A stretch of 48,952 nt of DNA from an uncultured virus (IMG/VR IMGVR_UViG_3300005259_000041) (lineage: Duplodnaviria; Heunggongvirae; Uroviricota; Caudoviricetes). Each line of letters starts with the position of its first letter. Position 1 is the first letter of the stretch. This document shows positions 10,039-19,572 of this stretch, piece by piece. The stretch is from the IMG/VR virus record IMGVR_UViG_3300005259_000041; one strand, 5' to 3'. Under the pieces are notes generated by a model that did not search any database, had not been told where the DNA came from, and was given only the letters and a program-made list of their open reading frames with translations. Made by a program: the position numbers and the translations under genes.

Positions 10039-10227
10039 ATGAAAATCAATCTTAACATAGACATTACTGAAAAGCAATTGGAGCAGTTGGAAGCCGAGGC
10101 TTTAAGAAGCTTTAATGATTGGAGCGATACGTCTGCTCGGCCCACGGCTAAGGCGGAAGATTATTGGCCGACGCCGTTAGAGCTGTTTGCGATGCGACTG
10201 CTTCTGTTTGAGATAACAAAGAAGTAA
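10039..10227 (+). CDS. Hypothetical protein
   Basis: 62 aa, followed by hairpin 10239-10275. Confidence 0.55.
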   Translation: MKINLNIDITEKQLEQLEAEALRSFNDWSDTSARPTAKAEDYWPTPLELFAMRLLLFEITKK

Positions 10228-10294
10228 ACGATAAATATCAGCCGCCATGAAGCTATTTATGTTTTATGGCGGCTGTGTTGCGCATGGGCACAAG

Positions 10295-10323
10295 TTGACA
10301 ATTTTCCCAACAAGGGTTATATT
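10295..10323 (+). promoter_or_regulatory. Sigma70-type promoter
   Basis: TTGACA-N17-TATATT. Confidence 0.8.
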
Positions 10324-10341
10324 ATTTACGATGGAGGAAAC

Positions 10342-10731
10342 ATGCGAAGGCCGAATGGTAACAAGTACGTATCAGTGGTAGCGACTAAGGCGTGGCTATA
10401 CTGGCATGAATGCGATTTATGCGGAGTCCGCTTTAAGTTTGAGCCTGGGTATGATATCTTTACTCATTTGAGGCTTATGCAGCCGACAGAAGAAGAGCAA
10501 GAGGTGGGCATTCGTTGGAGATATACAACGCCCGTTAGGCAGTCCGTTTGTGCAAGCTGCGGCAAGCGTCTTTTGGGTTCCAATCCATTTATGTTAACGC
10601 ATAAAGAATTTCAGGACCGTCTGTTCAGGCTACACGATGGCCCCCGGATTGAAGAGCAGATTCAGATAGATAAAACTGTTACCAATGCTCAGCCTGGATT
10701 GGTGGAAAGGCCCGCCTACACTGGCAGATAA
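10342..10731 (+). CDS. Putative zinc-binding protein
   Basis: CDLC...CASC pairs; GGAGG RBS. Confidence 0.65.
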   Translation: MRRPNGNKYVSVVATKAWLYWHECDLCGVRFKFEPGYDIFTHLRLMQPTEEEQEVGIRWRYTTPVRQSVCASCGKRLLGSNPFMLTHKEFQDRLFRLHDGPRIEEQIQIDKTVTNAQPGLVERPAYTGR

Positions 10732-10737
10732 TTCACG

Positions 10738-11754
10738 GTGAGTTATTATGAAGCCTTAGGTGTTACTAAAGAGGCGACGGCAGAAGAAATTAAAAAGGCA
10801 TACAGAGAGGCCGCCCTCAAGTATCACCCCGATAGAAATCCTGGTAATAAAGAGGCTGAAGAAAAATTCAAGGCCGCCTCTGAAGCCTACTCTGTCCTTT
10901 CGGATGCGAATAAGCGTAGGCAGTATGACATGGGCGGTCAGGGCATGGACCTCAATGACCAGGATATGTGGGAAGCTTTTTTCCCGGGTTTCCGCCCACA
11001 CTATGGTGGCGTCCCCGGCGCTCATCGCGGCAATTGGCCAGCTAGAGACGTAGAGACAGTGATGCACATCTCCCTCGAAGAGGCTTTTAGTGGAATCGAG
11101 AGAGAAATCTCCTACAGGGCAGACGCACCATGTCAAGCGTGCAACGGAACTGGAGACCAGTCTGGCCGCAGATCACAGTGCGCGCAATGTCACGGCTCTG
11201 GGGTAGAAAACCTCAGACGTGGTAATTTCGCAGTGCAGCGGACCTGCTCAATATGCGGGGGAACCGGAGATTTGGTGGCAGATAAATGTCCCAAATGTAA
11301 TGGGCGCGGAAGCGCCAAGGAAGACAGAGCTGTGCTAATCACTGTTCCGGCTGGCATTCCAAACAATGCGCAAATGCGAGTTCCTGGTCATGGCGGTGCA
11401 GGCGGTTTTCATGGTCATCAAACAGTGAACGGAGATTTGTACGTTAATATTATTATTCAACCCCATGCGGAATTCACTAGAAATGGGGACGATGTGAACT
11501 ACAAATTAACTATTTCGCCAATCAAAGCAACCCTTGGCGGTGCCGTAGACATCAGCAACTTCTTATTTCAAGGCACCGTTAAAATCCCACCGGGCACAGC
11601 GAGTGGAACAAAATTTGCCCTGAGAGGTAAGGGAATGCCTAGATTTCAAGGGACTGGGCGCGGAGACCTATATTATGAGGTGGTAATCAAACCCAAGTCT
11701 CATTTAACAGACCAAGAAGCTGAACTTTATCGTCAGCTATCGGAGATGGAATAA
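10738..11754 (+). CDS. dnaJ: Chaperone DnaJ (class A)
   Basis: J domain with HPD, four CxxCxGxG repeats, C-terminal peptide-binding domains. Confidence 0.95.
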   Translation: MSYYEALGVTKEATAEEIKKAYREAALKYHPDRNPGNKEAEEKFKAASEAYSVLSDANKRRQYDMGGQGMDLNDQDMWEAFFPGFRPHYGGVPGAHRGNWPARDVETVMHISLEEAFSGIEREISYRADAPCQACNGTGDQSGRRSQCAQCHGSGVENLRRGNFAVQRTCSICGGTGDLVADKCPKCNGRGSAKEDRAVLITVPAGIPNNAQMRVPGHGGAGGFHGHQTVNGDLYVNIIIQPHAEFTRNGDDVNYKLTISPIKATLGGAVDISNFLFQGTVKIPPGTASGTKFALRGKGMPRFQGTGRGDLYYEVVIKPKSHLTDQEAELYRQLSEME

Positions 11755-12129
11755 ATGGCAGATTGGAAAATTTATAAAGCGGAGTTTAGCATGGAGCCCA
11801 CTCTTGGCGTGGTGGTCTCGAACTCATTTTTTCTTGCTCAGGATGCAAGAAATGTGCTTAAAAAACTAAGCCCAGCATTTTTACAGCAGCTTAGGAGTCT
11901 AGAGCCTACGGAAGACAGCGGGCAATTCTCTTTGGTAAAGCTAACGGACGCTGAGGGTGGCCCAGTGAATGGGGTGTTTCATATTTATGAAATTAAAACC
12001 ATCGAAGAGGACACGCCAGTGACTTATTTTACCAATCATTTGGGTTGGGTGTCTGATTTGGATGCCCAGGAAATAATCTCCGTGAATTTGAAATATTCTG
12101 ATGTCCATATTATATGGGAAAGGAGTTAA
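11755..12129 (+). CDS. Hypothetical protein
   Basis: Coupled 124-aa ORF. Confidence 0.65.
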   Translation: MADWKIYKAEFSMEPTLGVVVSNSFFLAQDARNVLKKLSPAFLQQLRSLEPTEDSGQFSLVKLTDAEGGPVNGVFHIYEIKTIEEDTPVTYFTNHLGWVSDLDAQEIISVNLKYSDVHIIWERS

Positions 12130-12132
12130 GCA

Positions 12133-12933
12133 ATGATGGGGGCTACTAGTAGTGCGTATGATGGCAGCTATCCAATAGAATCCAATAAGTCGGCTGCCCG
12201 AGAGACGGTATCCGCTCAAGTGCAACAGAGCATGGATATGTTGACCCATGTGACGTGCAGAAATGTCATTGAGTTATCCAATGAAGAGTTCGAGCTGATG
12301 AAGCAAAGTTTTCTGTCAGTCCTACGGGAAGCCGAAATGTCTACTAGGCTATTATTTAAGCTACTTGAAGATAAGGGGCTTTACGAGGACTGGAACGCTG
12401 CCCTCCTAGCCGCTGCCAATACTGGTATGGAATGCGAATCTGCGGGAACGGATACTCCGATGGATTATGTTCACGTTAAGCATGGTCTATCCGGTGTGTT
12501 GCTGGCTATGCAACTTTTTCATCTGGTATCCGAAAAAGTTGACGGAGCGCCGATGAAGCAGGACGTACAAGACGCGGCGGCACGGGCGGCAATGATTACT
12601 GAGGCCAGAGATAGGGTTTATGCTGCGAACAACGCCAAGAAAGGATATGGCATGATTTCACCATCACCCACGGTTGACGGGCGTGCGCATGATGGCCTGG
12701 AGAGGATGGACTTTGTCAGTTCCATAGTGTTGTTTCTCCCCGCTTGGGCTACTGTCGGCGGCCCCGTACTGACGTCTAAGTTGAGGCGTCTGATTACAGC
12801 GGCTGGGGACAAGGGCGTCGTCTCCATGATGCCAGAGTCTCATCGGCTATCGTATCTTTCTACTGTAATGTCTAAAACTAGTTTTGATATGTCTAATGTG
12901 TCCCTCCAACTCACACGTTGGACGAAAGGATAA
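12133..12933 (+). CDS. Hypothetical protein
   Basis: 266-aa ORF with AGGAG RBS. Confidence 0.7.
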   Translation: MMGATSSAYDGSYPIESNKSAARETVSAQVQQSMDMLTHVTCRNVIELSNEEFELMKQSFLSVLREAEMSTRLLFKLLEDKGLYEDWNAALLAAANTGMECESAGTDTPMDYVHVKHGLSGVLLAMQLFHLVSEKVDGAPMKQDVQDAAARAAMITEARDRVYAANNAKKGYGMISPSPTVDGRAHDGLERMDFVSSIVLFLPAWATVGGPVLTSKLRRLITAAGDKGVVSMMPESHRLSYLSTVMSKTSFDMSNVSLQLTRWTKG

Positions 12934-12943
12934 GGAGAGAAAA

Positions 12944-13222
12944 ATGGAAGAGAATACAGTTGTTCCAGCAGAGGTTCCCGAGGCCCAGGCCCCAGAGATT
13001 GGCCTTCAGAGGGCCATTGAGGCTGTTGATGAGGCTATCAGGGAGGCGAAGTATATTGTGTTGAATCCGCCTAAGGGCCCCAAGGTTTCGATGGCACACG
13101 CCCTCGCTAAGCGCCTCAATAGGGCTCTAGAGCTACAGCGGAAAAACGAGGTTGTCTTCGCTAAGCGTCGTGCTAAGAATCGCATGGCTCGCATTAGTCG
13201 CAGAATTAATAAGGGGAAGTAA
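12944..13222 (+). CDS. Small protein with Arg/Lys-rich C-terminal helix
   Basis: KRRAKNRMARISRRINK tail; RBS before MEENT. Confidence 0.65.
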   Translation: MEENTVVPAEVPEAQAPEIGLQRAIEAVDEAIREAKYIVLNPPKGPKVSMAHALAKRLNRALELQRKNEVVFAKRRAKNRMARISRRINKGK

Positions 13223-13225
13223 CCA

Positions 13226-13417
13226 ATGCGTAAAGTTCCACGTACCATTAAACTTGGCAAAATTCGTATTCGCGTTCCTGTCCCTTCGCGTTCAGGAAAG
13301 ACTATACTCACTAAACTTGACAAGAGGAAGCAGGAGCGAAAGAGTGGCTCTGAGCTTCTAAGAGAAAGTCAAGAAGAGTGGGAAAGTGAGGATGAAGATG
13401 GAACTGAGCCCGAGTGA
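13226..13417 (+). CDS. Small basic/acidic hypothetical protein
   Basis: Coupled 63-aa ORF. Confidence 0.55.
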   Translation: MRKVPRTIKLGKIRIRVPVPSRSGKTILTKLDKRKQERKSGSELLRESQEEWESEDEDGTEPE

Positions 13418-13658
13418 CAAGAGAACGATTGACGCTTTGATGAAGGAGAGGATGAAGCTTTTCAGTATGCTTTCTCAGGCAAAGGAAATGGCAAAGGACC
13501 CCGTATTTCATCGCCTTACCAGATTGGGTATGCCGGAGCAAAGCCAATTAGTTAGTGCCTATCAGCAGCCGTTGGCTAACTATTCTACGCAATTGTATCC
13601 GTTGGACGAATTGATCCCTGANNGCAGTGTAAATCGCAGTGCTATCTTTCAGTGGTAA
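13392..13658 (+). CDS. Hypothetical protein
   Basis: Coupled ORF; small N gap near 3' end. Confidence 0.5.
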   Translation: MKMELSPSDKRTIDALMKERMKLFSMLSQAKEMAKDPVFHRLTRLGMPEQSQLVSAYQQPLANYSTQLYPLDELIPXXSVNRSAIFQW

Positions 13659-13798
13659 TGGAAAGCCGTTGTGTATCCTGCGGGGCCCCGTTGGTGTATA
13701 ACGGTAAGCCGTTGCAGTTTTGCAATAAATGTGCAACCGCACACCAGTGCTGTGCTTTGTGTTGCAAAAAGTTGATTGAAATTGGGCAGGGTAAGTAA
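13658..13798 (+). CDS. Cys-rich microprotein (46 aa; not in ORF track)
   Basis: MESRCVSCGAPL...FCNKC...CCALCCKK, three CxxC pairs. Confidence 0.6.
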   Translation: MESRCVSCGAPLVYNGKPLQFCNKCATAHQCCALCCKKLIEIGQGK

Positions 13799-13920
13799 GT
13801 GGAAAGTCAGCGCAAGTGTTTGGGGTGCATGAGGCTTTTGCCCATGGACTTCCTATTCTCACTTTGCGACGAGTGCTTTCTATATTATGCAAGCCTTCTC
13901 CAACATAAAAGGGGTAAGTG

Positions 13921-14691
13921 ATGGGACATTGTATAGCACCAGAAGCTGAAGCCATTTTAGATCAATCCTTCCCCGTGCTAGATAAGGGTTTTGTAAGGCT
14001 TGTGGACTACAACGGTAACGATGGCCGCATTGTTCAGGCCGCTAGGGTATCTTATGGAGCTGGCACAAAGACATTACGTGAAGACGCCAAGCTGATTGAC
14101 TATCTCCTGAAGCATGAGCATATGTCGCCGTTCGAGATGGTAAATTTCACGTTTCATCTTAAGCTGCCCATTTTTGTGTTCAGGCAAATGGTTAGACACA
14201 GAACTGCGAGATTAAACGAAATTTCTGGTAGGTATTCTGTGTTAGAAGATGAGTTTTATGCGCCCAGCCCAGAAAATATCAGAGAGCAGAGTGTGACGAA
14301 CAAGCAAGGCCGCTCTGAGGAAGTAATGCCAGACGCGATGAGCGAATGCCTAGAACTCCACGACGAGCAAATCAGAGACTACGCGGAATATAAAAGGCGT
14401 ATAGACTCTGGCATGGCTAGAGAACTGGCCCGCATTAATCTCCCGGTCTCTTTGTACACTCAGTTATATTGGAATATAGATTTGCGAAACCTTTTTAATT
14501 TTTTAAAACTGAGGCTAGATGTACACGCTCAATATGAAATCAGAGAATATGCGAAGGTGTTGGCGGATTTAATCCAAAAGGTAACTCCGCTGGCGTTTGC
14601 CTCATTTGAAGAGCACGTTCTCTATGCGATTAAGCTTAGTCGATCCGAAGTTGCGGCTATTGAGGGGAGCTTTAAAATTGAAAAACCATAA
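13921..14691 (+). CDS. thyX: FAD-dependent thymidylate synthase
   Basis: AARVSY, HMSPFE, RQMVRHRTARLNEISGRY, ELARINLP, LRLDVHAQYEIR. Confidence 0.95.
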   Translation: MGHCIAPEAEAILDQSFPVLDKGFVRLVDYNGNDGRIVQAARVSYGAGTKTLREDAKLIDYLLKHEHMSPFEMVNFTFHLKLPIFVFRQMVRHRTARLNEISGRYSVLEDEFYAPSPENIREQSVTNKQGRSEEVMPDAMSECLELHDEQIRDYAEYKRRIDSGMARELARINLPVSLYTQLYWNIDLRNLFNFLKLRLDVHAQYEIREYAKVLADLIQKVTPLAFASFEEHVLYAIKLSRSEVAAIEGSFKIEKP

Positions 14692-14854
14692 TTTTTTCCC
14701 ATATAGCATCTACGAGACTTGGCACGATAGATGGTTTCTTAAGGCGGTACAGCAGATGAGCCGTGAAATTGAGAAAGAAGAGGACAAAAGAATTCTGGAA
14801 ATTATTGATGAAGCGGCAGCAGAGGTCCAGGAACGAAATAAGGGACGAAAGTAG
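14678..14854 (+). CDS. TW-motif microprotein
   Basis: TTG start with RBS; YSIYETWHDRWF. Confidence 0.55.
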   Translation: MKNHNFFPYSIYETWHDRWFLKAVQQMSREIEKEEDKRILEIIDEAAAEVQERNKGRK

Positions 14855-14859
14855 GGTAC

Positions 14860-15138
14860 ATGCAAGTTCATATGATTGTTTCCCACACTAGATTACTTAA
14901 AGACGCCACGCCCAAGGACACCGACACCGTTGCCGACATTGAAGTGAAACGGCAGCTATGGGATAAGTGGTCGAGGACGCTGACGATTGACGCCAGCACT
15001 GTTCCTCGCTCTGGCGATGTGGTGTATGATATATTTGATAATGGCGTGAGTTATCTAGTGGCTACTGTTTCGTGGGACTATCGAACAACGCCAATTGTCA
15101 GGGTGCTGTTGGCAGACATTAAGGTCGAGCTTAAATGA
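14860..15138 (+). CDS. Hypothetical protein
   Basis: 92 aa; VPRSGDVV beta-barrel-like segment. Confidence 0.6.
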   Translation: MQVHMIVSHTRLLKDATPKDTDTVADIEVKRQLWDKWSRTLTIDASTVPRSGDVVYDIFDNGVSYLVATVSWDYRTTPIVRVLLADIKVELK

Positions 15139-15365
15139 TGACAGAGGACAGCATTTTCAAAACGTGGGCAGCCAACCACCCGAGCAGAAAGTATACGGGG
15201 TCTTCGCTCTTTGGGGTGCCTTACTGTATTTTAAGAGAAAAGCCCGTTCGGCCACAAGAAGGGGATGCGTTGGTGAGCGCCGAGAAGTGGGAGATAGAAA
15301 TTTTTATAGGTACGGAATGGCGCACGTTTGATTTGAATGTGCTTGGAGGGATGCCGCCATGGTAA
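15135..15365 (+). CDS. Hypothetical protein
   Basis: ATGA-coupled ORF. Confidence 0.55.
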   Translation: MMTEDSIFKTWAANHPSRKYTGSSLFGVPYCILREKPVRPQEGDALVSAEKWEIEIFIGTEWRTFDLNVLGGMPPW

Positions 15366-15613
15366 GGGAACCGTCTTCAGCCGAGGTGTTGGCGCTCAGG
15401 GAGCGTACCGGTGTCGGCCTCATGGACTGTAAGAAAGCCCTAGAGGCATGCGATAATGATTTTCTATTGGCAGAGGGGTATCTGCATTATAACGGCTGTG
15501 CTGTAAACGTTCGGCCTCGGGGTGAAGAAACCCGGGCAGAGGCATATAGCCAGTGGGTGATGGAGAAAGCTAGGGAGTGGAAAGACCTCAAACTAAAAGG
15601 CACCATTAAATGA
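15359..15613 (+). CDS. EF-Ts N-terminal (UBA-like) domain-only protein
   Basis: SSAEVLALRERTGVGLMDCKKALEACDNDFLLAEGYL; only 84 aa. Confidence 0.8.
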   Translation: MVREPSSAEVLALRERTGVGLMDCKKALEACDNDFLLAEGYLHYNGCAVNVRPRGEETRAEAYSQWVMEKAREWKDLKLKGTIK

Positions 15614-15780
15614 GCGAGGTAATGTGGATTCTTTCTGGCATAGTGGGCACATTTGTTGTTGTGGGCATCTTGTCCTGCCTTATAGAGTATCTAGATAGAC
15701 CGCCGGATTCATCTGTGGCTTTTACTTGGTGGTGGTTTAAGAGTCGGGGGTATCGTCGCTATAAACCAATCAGGAAATAG
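15610..15780 (+). CDS. TM + TW-motif microprotein
   Basis: Hydrophobic N-terminus then SSVAFTWWWFK. Confidence 0.55.
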   Translation: MSEVMWILSGIVGTFVVVGILSCLIEYLDRPPDSSVAFTWWWFKSRGYRRYKPIRK

Positions 15781-15790
15781 GGAGTGTGTT

Positions 15791-16027
15791 TTGGCTATTT
15801 TGGAGAATTGTAGTTCTTCTTTCAGGAGTGTTTATCGAACGTGGCGCCGGCATGACTTTAAACAAATTCTCAAAGAATATGATGTGCGACTTATTTTGAA
15901 AGTTAGGTGTCAGGCCCCCACTAATTCTGTCCTAGTCACTTGGGAAGCTTATAAGGTTGGGACTCAGTTGCAAGCTATGGATCGCGCCATACAGTCTTCT
16001 TTGCAAAATAACCTATTCCAGCCATAA
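15791..16027 (+). CDS. Double TW-motif small protein
   Basis: SVYRTWRRH and SVLVTWEAY. Confidence 0.55.
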   Translation: MAILENCSSSFRSVYRTWRRHDFKQILKEYDVRLILKVRCQAPTNSVLVTWEAYKVGTQLQAMDRAIQSSLQNNLFQP

Positions 16028-16031
16028 ATAA

Positions 16032-16055
16032 AGGAGGCCGCCACTTGGCGGCCTC
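16032..16055. terminator. Hairpin between convergent genes
   Basis: GGAGGCCGCCA-CT-TGGCGGCCTCC. Confidence 0.65.
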
Positions 16056-16112
16056 CAGGCTATATCGTAATATAGTCGGGGATGTCTTTGAGCGGCTCTG
16101 CCGCTCTTTTTG

Positions 16113-16472
16113 TTAGCTCCAGGAGATGGTCACATCAATCTGTGCAGCCGTGCCGTGTAGGCTTACTGTATACCCCAAATCCTCAAGCTGGCCCTTAATG
16201 GTGTTTAAAATATCTACAATCAGGGGGTTGGTGTGTGGCGGGTTACCCACGTAATACATCTTCAAAATACTCTTATCCCCCAGTAGGGCTGCCGTCCTAA
16301 TCGAGTCACTAATGTCACAATAAACAGTCCAAAACTCATGTTTATCAGAGGTCTCCGTCGCGGTAGCGGCCTTCATAATACAGCAACAGTTATTGCAGCA
16401 TCCCCTGTCAAATTTGTCCGTTAGTTCCTGGACAGCCGTTTTGAGTGTCCATGGCCATGCGCTAATCTTCAT
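16113..16472 (-). CDS. Hypothetical protein
   Basis: GAGGAG RBS before MKISAW. Confidence 0.6.
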   Translation of the reverse strand: MKISAWPWTLKTAVQELTDKFDRGCCNNCCCIMKAATATETSDKHEFWTVYCDISDSIRTAALLGDKSILKMYYVGNPPHTNPLIVDILNTIKGQLEDLGYTVSLHGTAAQIDVTISWS

Positions 16473-16473
16473 T

Positions 16474-17451
16474 TTACTCCTCCTCATCTAATTCGTCTTT
16501 TAGTCTTGCCAAAACAGATAGAGCCAGGTCTAATTTAGCTACCTCTGTTTCTTTCCCATGCTTATCCAGGGAATTAGCCGTCACATATAGCAAATTAAAT
16601 ACTCTTTGATTTAGCTTGGTTGTGTAGCCAGGATACTGTGGGTCCACATCGTCTCCCTTTGTAAACACTGGCTCTAGCTTTCTTATGCCTTGGATGTTTA
16701 CGTCGTCCGTGGCCCCAGTTTCTTTAGCCAAAATTTGCCATGCCAGCATTAAATCCGACTGATCTTCTGCCTGGAGCTGGTCGCCAAAGGCGGCGCTCTC
16801 TAAGTCGGCAATTTGGAAGGGGGAGAGCCCAACGAGGAATTCCGTTAGTCTTTTAATGTTTGTCGGGCCAAACTCTCTGACCGCAGCCAGAACCAAGTCT
16901 ACAGTTTCGGTGTACGGGTCTACTGTGTCGGCTCTGACAAGCATTGTCGTGGCCGAATCCAACGCATCTGCCTTCTCGTATTCTCCACACTTATCTAGGG
17001 CATTAGATAAGTTAATAAGCCAGGCTATAGCATTCACGTTTTTCTCCTCAAGCAAGGTCCTGTTTTTCATCTGGTCAATTGTTGTAATTAACGCGCTAAG
17101 CCTATTGATTTCGTTTTGGGTCATGTACTTAAGTTTCTCATCCTGACCCTGCATGTCTTGGGTGCGTAGGAAATGGAGGTGCTTGAGTTGATAACGGCGC
17201 TTAGCATCCCGTAAAACGTCTTTAACGGCCTCTGGAGCGGCTTTAGAGACGGTTTTGATGTTCCCTACCGCCTCCATCAGATTTTCCTGGCTGAGGACCT
17301 CTGAGTAGCGTCCGCCGTTCTGTAGGTTGTATACTAAATTGCCCCTGATGGTTTCCAGTGCCCCCGCCAACATAAATATGGCTTCTTCCAAATCTGGATT
17401 GTGCATCTCTGGGAGGGTAGGTTGTGCAGGGAGAGTAGCCGCTATTCTCAT
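16474..17451 (-). CDS. Hypothetical protein with two (S/A)NxLDKxG...D repeats (possible virion protein)
   Basis: LSNALDKCGEYEKADALD and TANSLDKHGKETEVAKLD; TATTAATA immediately upstream. Confidence 0.7.
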   Translation of the reverse strand: MRIAATLPAQPTLPEMHNPDLEEAIFMLAGALETIRGNLVYNLQNGGRYSEVLSQENLMEAVGNIKTVSKAAPEAVKDVLRDAKRRYQLKHLHFLRTQDMQGQDEKLKYMTQNEINRLSALITTIDQMKNRTLLEEKNVNAIAWLINLSNALDKCGEYEKADALDSATTMLVRADTVDPYTETVDLVLAAVREFGPTNIKRLTEFLVGLSPFQIADLESAAFGDQLQAEDQSDLMLAWQILAKETGATDDVNIQGIRKLEPVFTKGDDVDPQYPGYTTKLNQRVFNLLYVTANSLDKHGKETEVAKLDLALSVLARLKDELDEEE

Positions 17452-17484
17452 GATATAGAGCCCAGACTATTAATAGCCCAAAAC

Positions 17485-17513
17485 TTGTCTTTTTGTCTAG
17501 GGGGTACTATATT
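17485..17513 (+). promoter_or_regulatory. Sigma70-type promoter
   Basis: TTGTCT-N17-TATATT. Confidence 0.65.
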
Positions 17514-17529
17514 GGTGTAGGAGAAAAAG

Positions 17530-17727
17530 ATGACAATAGACACGACAATTGATTGGGGACCGCCCAGGAACATTAAAACAACTTGGTGTGCTTGGAGGTT
17601 TAGGGCTATCGGGGAGGCTTTAGTTAATCCCATTCGCCAGCCTTTAGATTATGAGGGTTTAGCGCGTAAGATATTTCGGGTAGAACCGCTCCCCAGTAAA
17701 CCTAAGGATGATTCAGATGGAACTTGA
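17530..17727 (+). CDS. TW-motif microprotein with capsid-like C-terminal peptide
   Basis: NIKTTWCAWRF then LVNPIRQPLDYEGLARKIFRVEPLP. Confidence 0.6.
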   Translation: MTIDTTIDWGPPRNIKTTWCAWRFRAIGEALVNPIRQPLDYEGLARKIFRVEPLPSKPKDDSDGT

Positions 17728-18094
17728 TTTCCTGCAATATTTAGCCAAACACAAGCGTGAGATGTCCACGGCCCAGAGGGAGGGCCTGGGTAAGTTCTTA
17801 CGGAATTTAGACTGTGCCTTGGGGCTGTATTTAGAAAAGCCAGATGAGGAATCAATTAAAACGGTGCTTGCTGCCTTAGCTGGCCCCAGGAAGACTTTCC
17901 AAGAAATGAAATATCCCAACTGTAATTTAACTATGTTCTTTCGTTTCTGCGATGGGTGTCCGTGCGCGGAAGATGCGCGAAGGTCATGCAGCGCCATCAG
18001 GGCCTGGTCTCAATTATTGCGCGGTGGCGAGTGTCTCCCCGAAGTTTTTCTTCATTTCATGCAACTTAAAGCCCAACTAGAAGTAATAAAATAA
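17717..18094 (+). CDS. Cys4-family protein
   Basis: C...FCDGCPC...C; EVFLHFMQLKAQLE terminal helix. Confidence 0.65.
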   Translation: MELDFLQYLAKHKREMSTAQREGLGKFLRNLDCALGLYLEKPDEESIKTVLAALAGPRKTFQEMKYPNCNLTMFFRFCDGCPCAEDARRSCSAIRAWSQLLRGGECLPEVFLHFMQLKAQLEVIK

Positions 18095-18120
18095 GGACCC
18101 GGTTTTTCAACCGGGTCCTT
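18094..18120. terminator. Bidirectional terminator hairpin
   Basis: AAGGACCCGGTT-TTTC-AACCGGGTCCTT between convergent genes. Confidence 0.7.
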
Positions 18121-18221
18121 TGTTGGTCACCATCCCTGCTACTCGGCAGCCTATTGGCTGTTCGGTGTCTAGGGGCAAGTCTCATGCTTATAAGGCATGT
18201 TGCCCCGGGGATGACCTGGTT

Positions 18222-18440
18222 TTAAAGCTCGTTTGCGGCGTTCTCAATGCGGCCCCAAGCAGCAATCAGACCGATCTTCTTAGCGCGGGCGTACTGACGC
18301 ACGGCGTGAAGAATCTGGTGATCAGTGCTCTCAAGCCGATTGATGGCAGTGTACCAGCCGATCTTACGAGACCGAGCATAGATACGAACCGCCTTAGCGA
18401 GCTCGTGACGGGAAGGAACAGTGTTCTTCGTCTTAGACAT
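18222..18440 (-). CDS. Small basic protein with internal duplication
   Basis: AVRIYARSRKIG / AVRQYARAKKIG; GGAGG RBS; own promoter at 18463-18491. Confidence 0.65.
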   Translation of the reverse strand: MSKTKNTVPSRHELAKAVRIYARSRKIGWYTAINRLESTDHQILHAVRQYARAKKIGLIAAWGRIENAANEL

Positions 18441-18462
18441 TGTCTTGCCTCCTTTCATAAGT

Positions 18463-18491
18463 AATATAACTGGGAAGTCCTCAAAAGTCAA
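18463..18491 (-). promoter_or_regulatory. Sigma70-type promoter
   Basis: TTGACT-N17-TATATT on minus strand. Confidence 0.75.
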
Positions 18492-18688
18492 GTCTTGGAG
18501 GGAATGTATCCCTCGTCTTCTGAGTTCTTGTCCGCCAAAACCACATAGCGATTGAAATATTTTTCAGCTCTAGTCTGATCGTAGTCCCAAAAGACTTTCT
18601 TCCAACGCTTTATCCACAGGAACTGCCAGAATCGATAAACTATATATTTGTTTGTAAACCTGTCATGAACCAATTTCATCCTAGCCAT
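18488..18688 (-). CDS. Hypothetical Trp-rich protein
   Basis: 66 aa with RBS. Confidence 0.55.
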   Translation of the reverse strand: MARMKLVHDRFTNKYIVYRFWQFLWIKRWKKVFWDYDQTRAEKYFNRYVVLADKNSEDEGYIPSKT

Positions 18689-18700
18689 TTAACTTCCCTT

Positions 18701-18952
18701 CTAGGCCCCAAATGCCTCTAGCTCATCTTGGCTGAACACTACCACGCAGTCTTCATTGTCTGCCCCACCAGGAGGATAAATAGCATATCTAATCTCTGGT
18801 GGTTCATGTAGAAAATGCTCCACTACTACCACGTGTACTTCCATAAGCTTGCCCTGCCAGAAAACTAGGTCCCCAGGCGCGAATTTAACTACGTAGTTTT
18901 GCATTTTCTGGGTTTCTCCCCATGGGGTGTGATAGTCGCATTTCTGAGGCAA
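18701..18952 (-). CDS. Hypothetical protein (SH3/YorP-like beta-barrel)
   Basis: KFAPGDLVF...YAI...FSQDELE pattern; start uncertain. Confidence 0.5.
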   Translation of the reverse strand: MPQKCDYHTPWGETQKMQNYVVKFAPGDLVFWQGKLMEVHVVVVEHFLHEPPEIRYAIYPPGGADNEDCVVVFSQDELEAFGA

Positions 18953-19147
18953 CCATTACTATTGCGATATGTTAACTCGTCAATCAACTCAACGGCACCG
19001 CCGATGAGACCAATCGCCAAAATAATTAATAGCGCTACTGTCATTTAAGTCCCAGGTGAATAGCTTTTAATGCTTCTTTAATTTTCTTAGCTCCTAGATA
19101 CCGTAACCATCGCCACTTGATGTTCATACGTTACTCCTATCTGATAT

Positions 19148-19176
19148 AATATAATTCGCCAAAGCCTAGAAGTCAA
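19148..19176 (-). promoter_or_regulatory. Sigma70-type promoter
   Basis: TTGACT-N17-TATATT on minus strand. Confidence 0.75.
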
Positions 19177-19218
19177 TATCCATTAATATTTATAGATTTT
19201 TATAGACTTATGATTACA

Positions 19219-19247
19219 TTGACAATCAACGGTCTGGTAGTTATATT
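19219..19247 (+). promoter_or_regulatory. Sigma70-type promoter
   Basis: TTGACA-N17-TATATT. Confidence 0.8.
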
Positions 19248-19263
19248 TCATATGGAGACGGAA

Positions 19264-19572
19264 ATGTTTCCCATCTGGTTTAAGCGAGCGATGCACCTGG
19301 AAAAAGAAGGCCGGATTTCTCAGGCGCTGGACGTTATCTATAGCAACATGGATTCGTTGTTCATGAAGGGTAAGTTTGAGGATTGCGATGCTCTTTTGAG
19401 TGAGGCAACAAAACATAGGCTTCCGGTCCACATTATACTGGCCCTACTTACCACAACTTTACCGGCCGCTCACCTTCTGCCCTCCCGCACGTCATTCTAT
19501 CAGGAGAGCGCTAAAAAGTTGGCTGAGAGTGGAGAAATGGAGCCTGGGCTCTTGGATGGTTTGGGATCATGA
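19264..19572 (+). CDS. Hypothetical helical protein
   Basis: Start moved downstream of promoter; GGAG RBS. Confidence 0.6.
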   Translation: MFPIWFKRAMHLEKEGRISQALDVIYSNMDSLFMKGKFEDCDALLSEATKHRLPVHIILALLTTTLPAAHLLPSRTSFYQESAKKLAESGEMEPGLLDGLGS

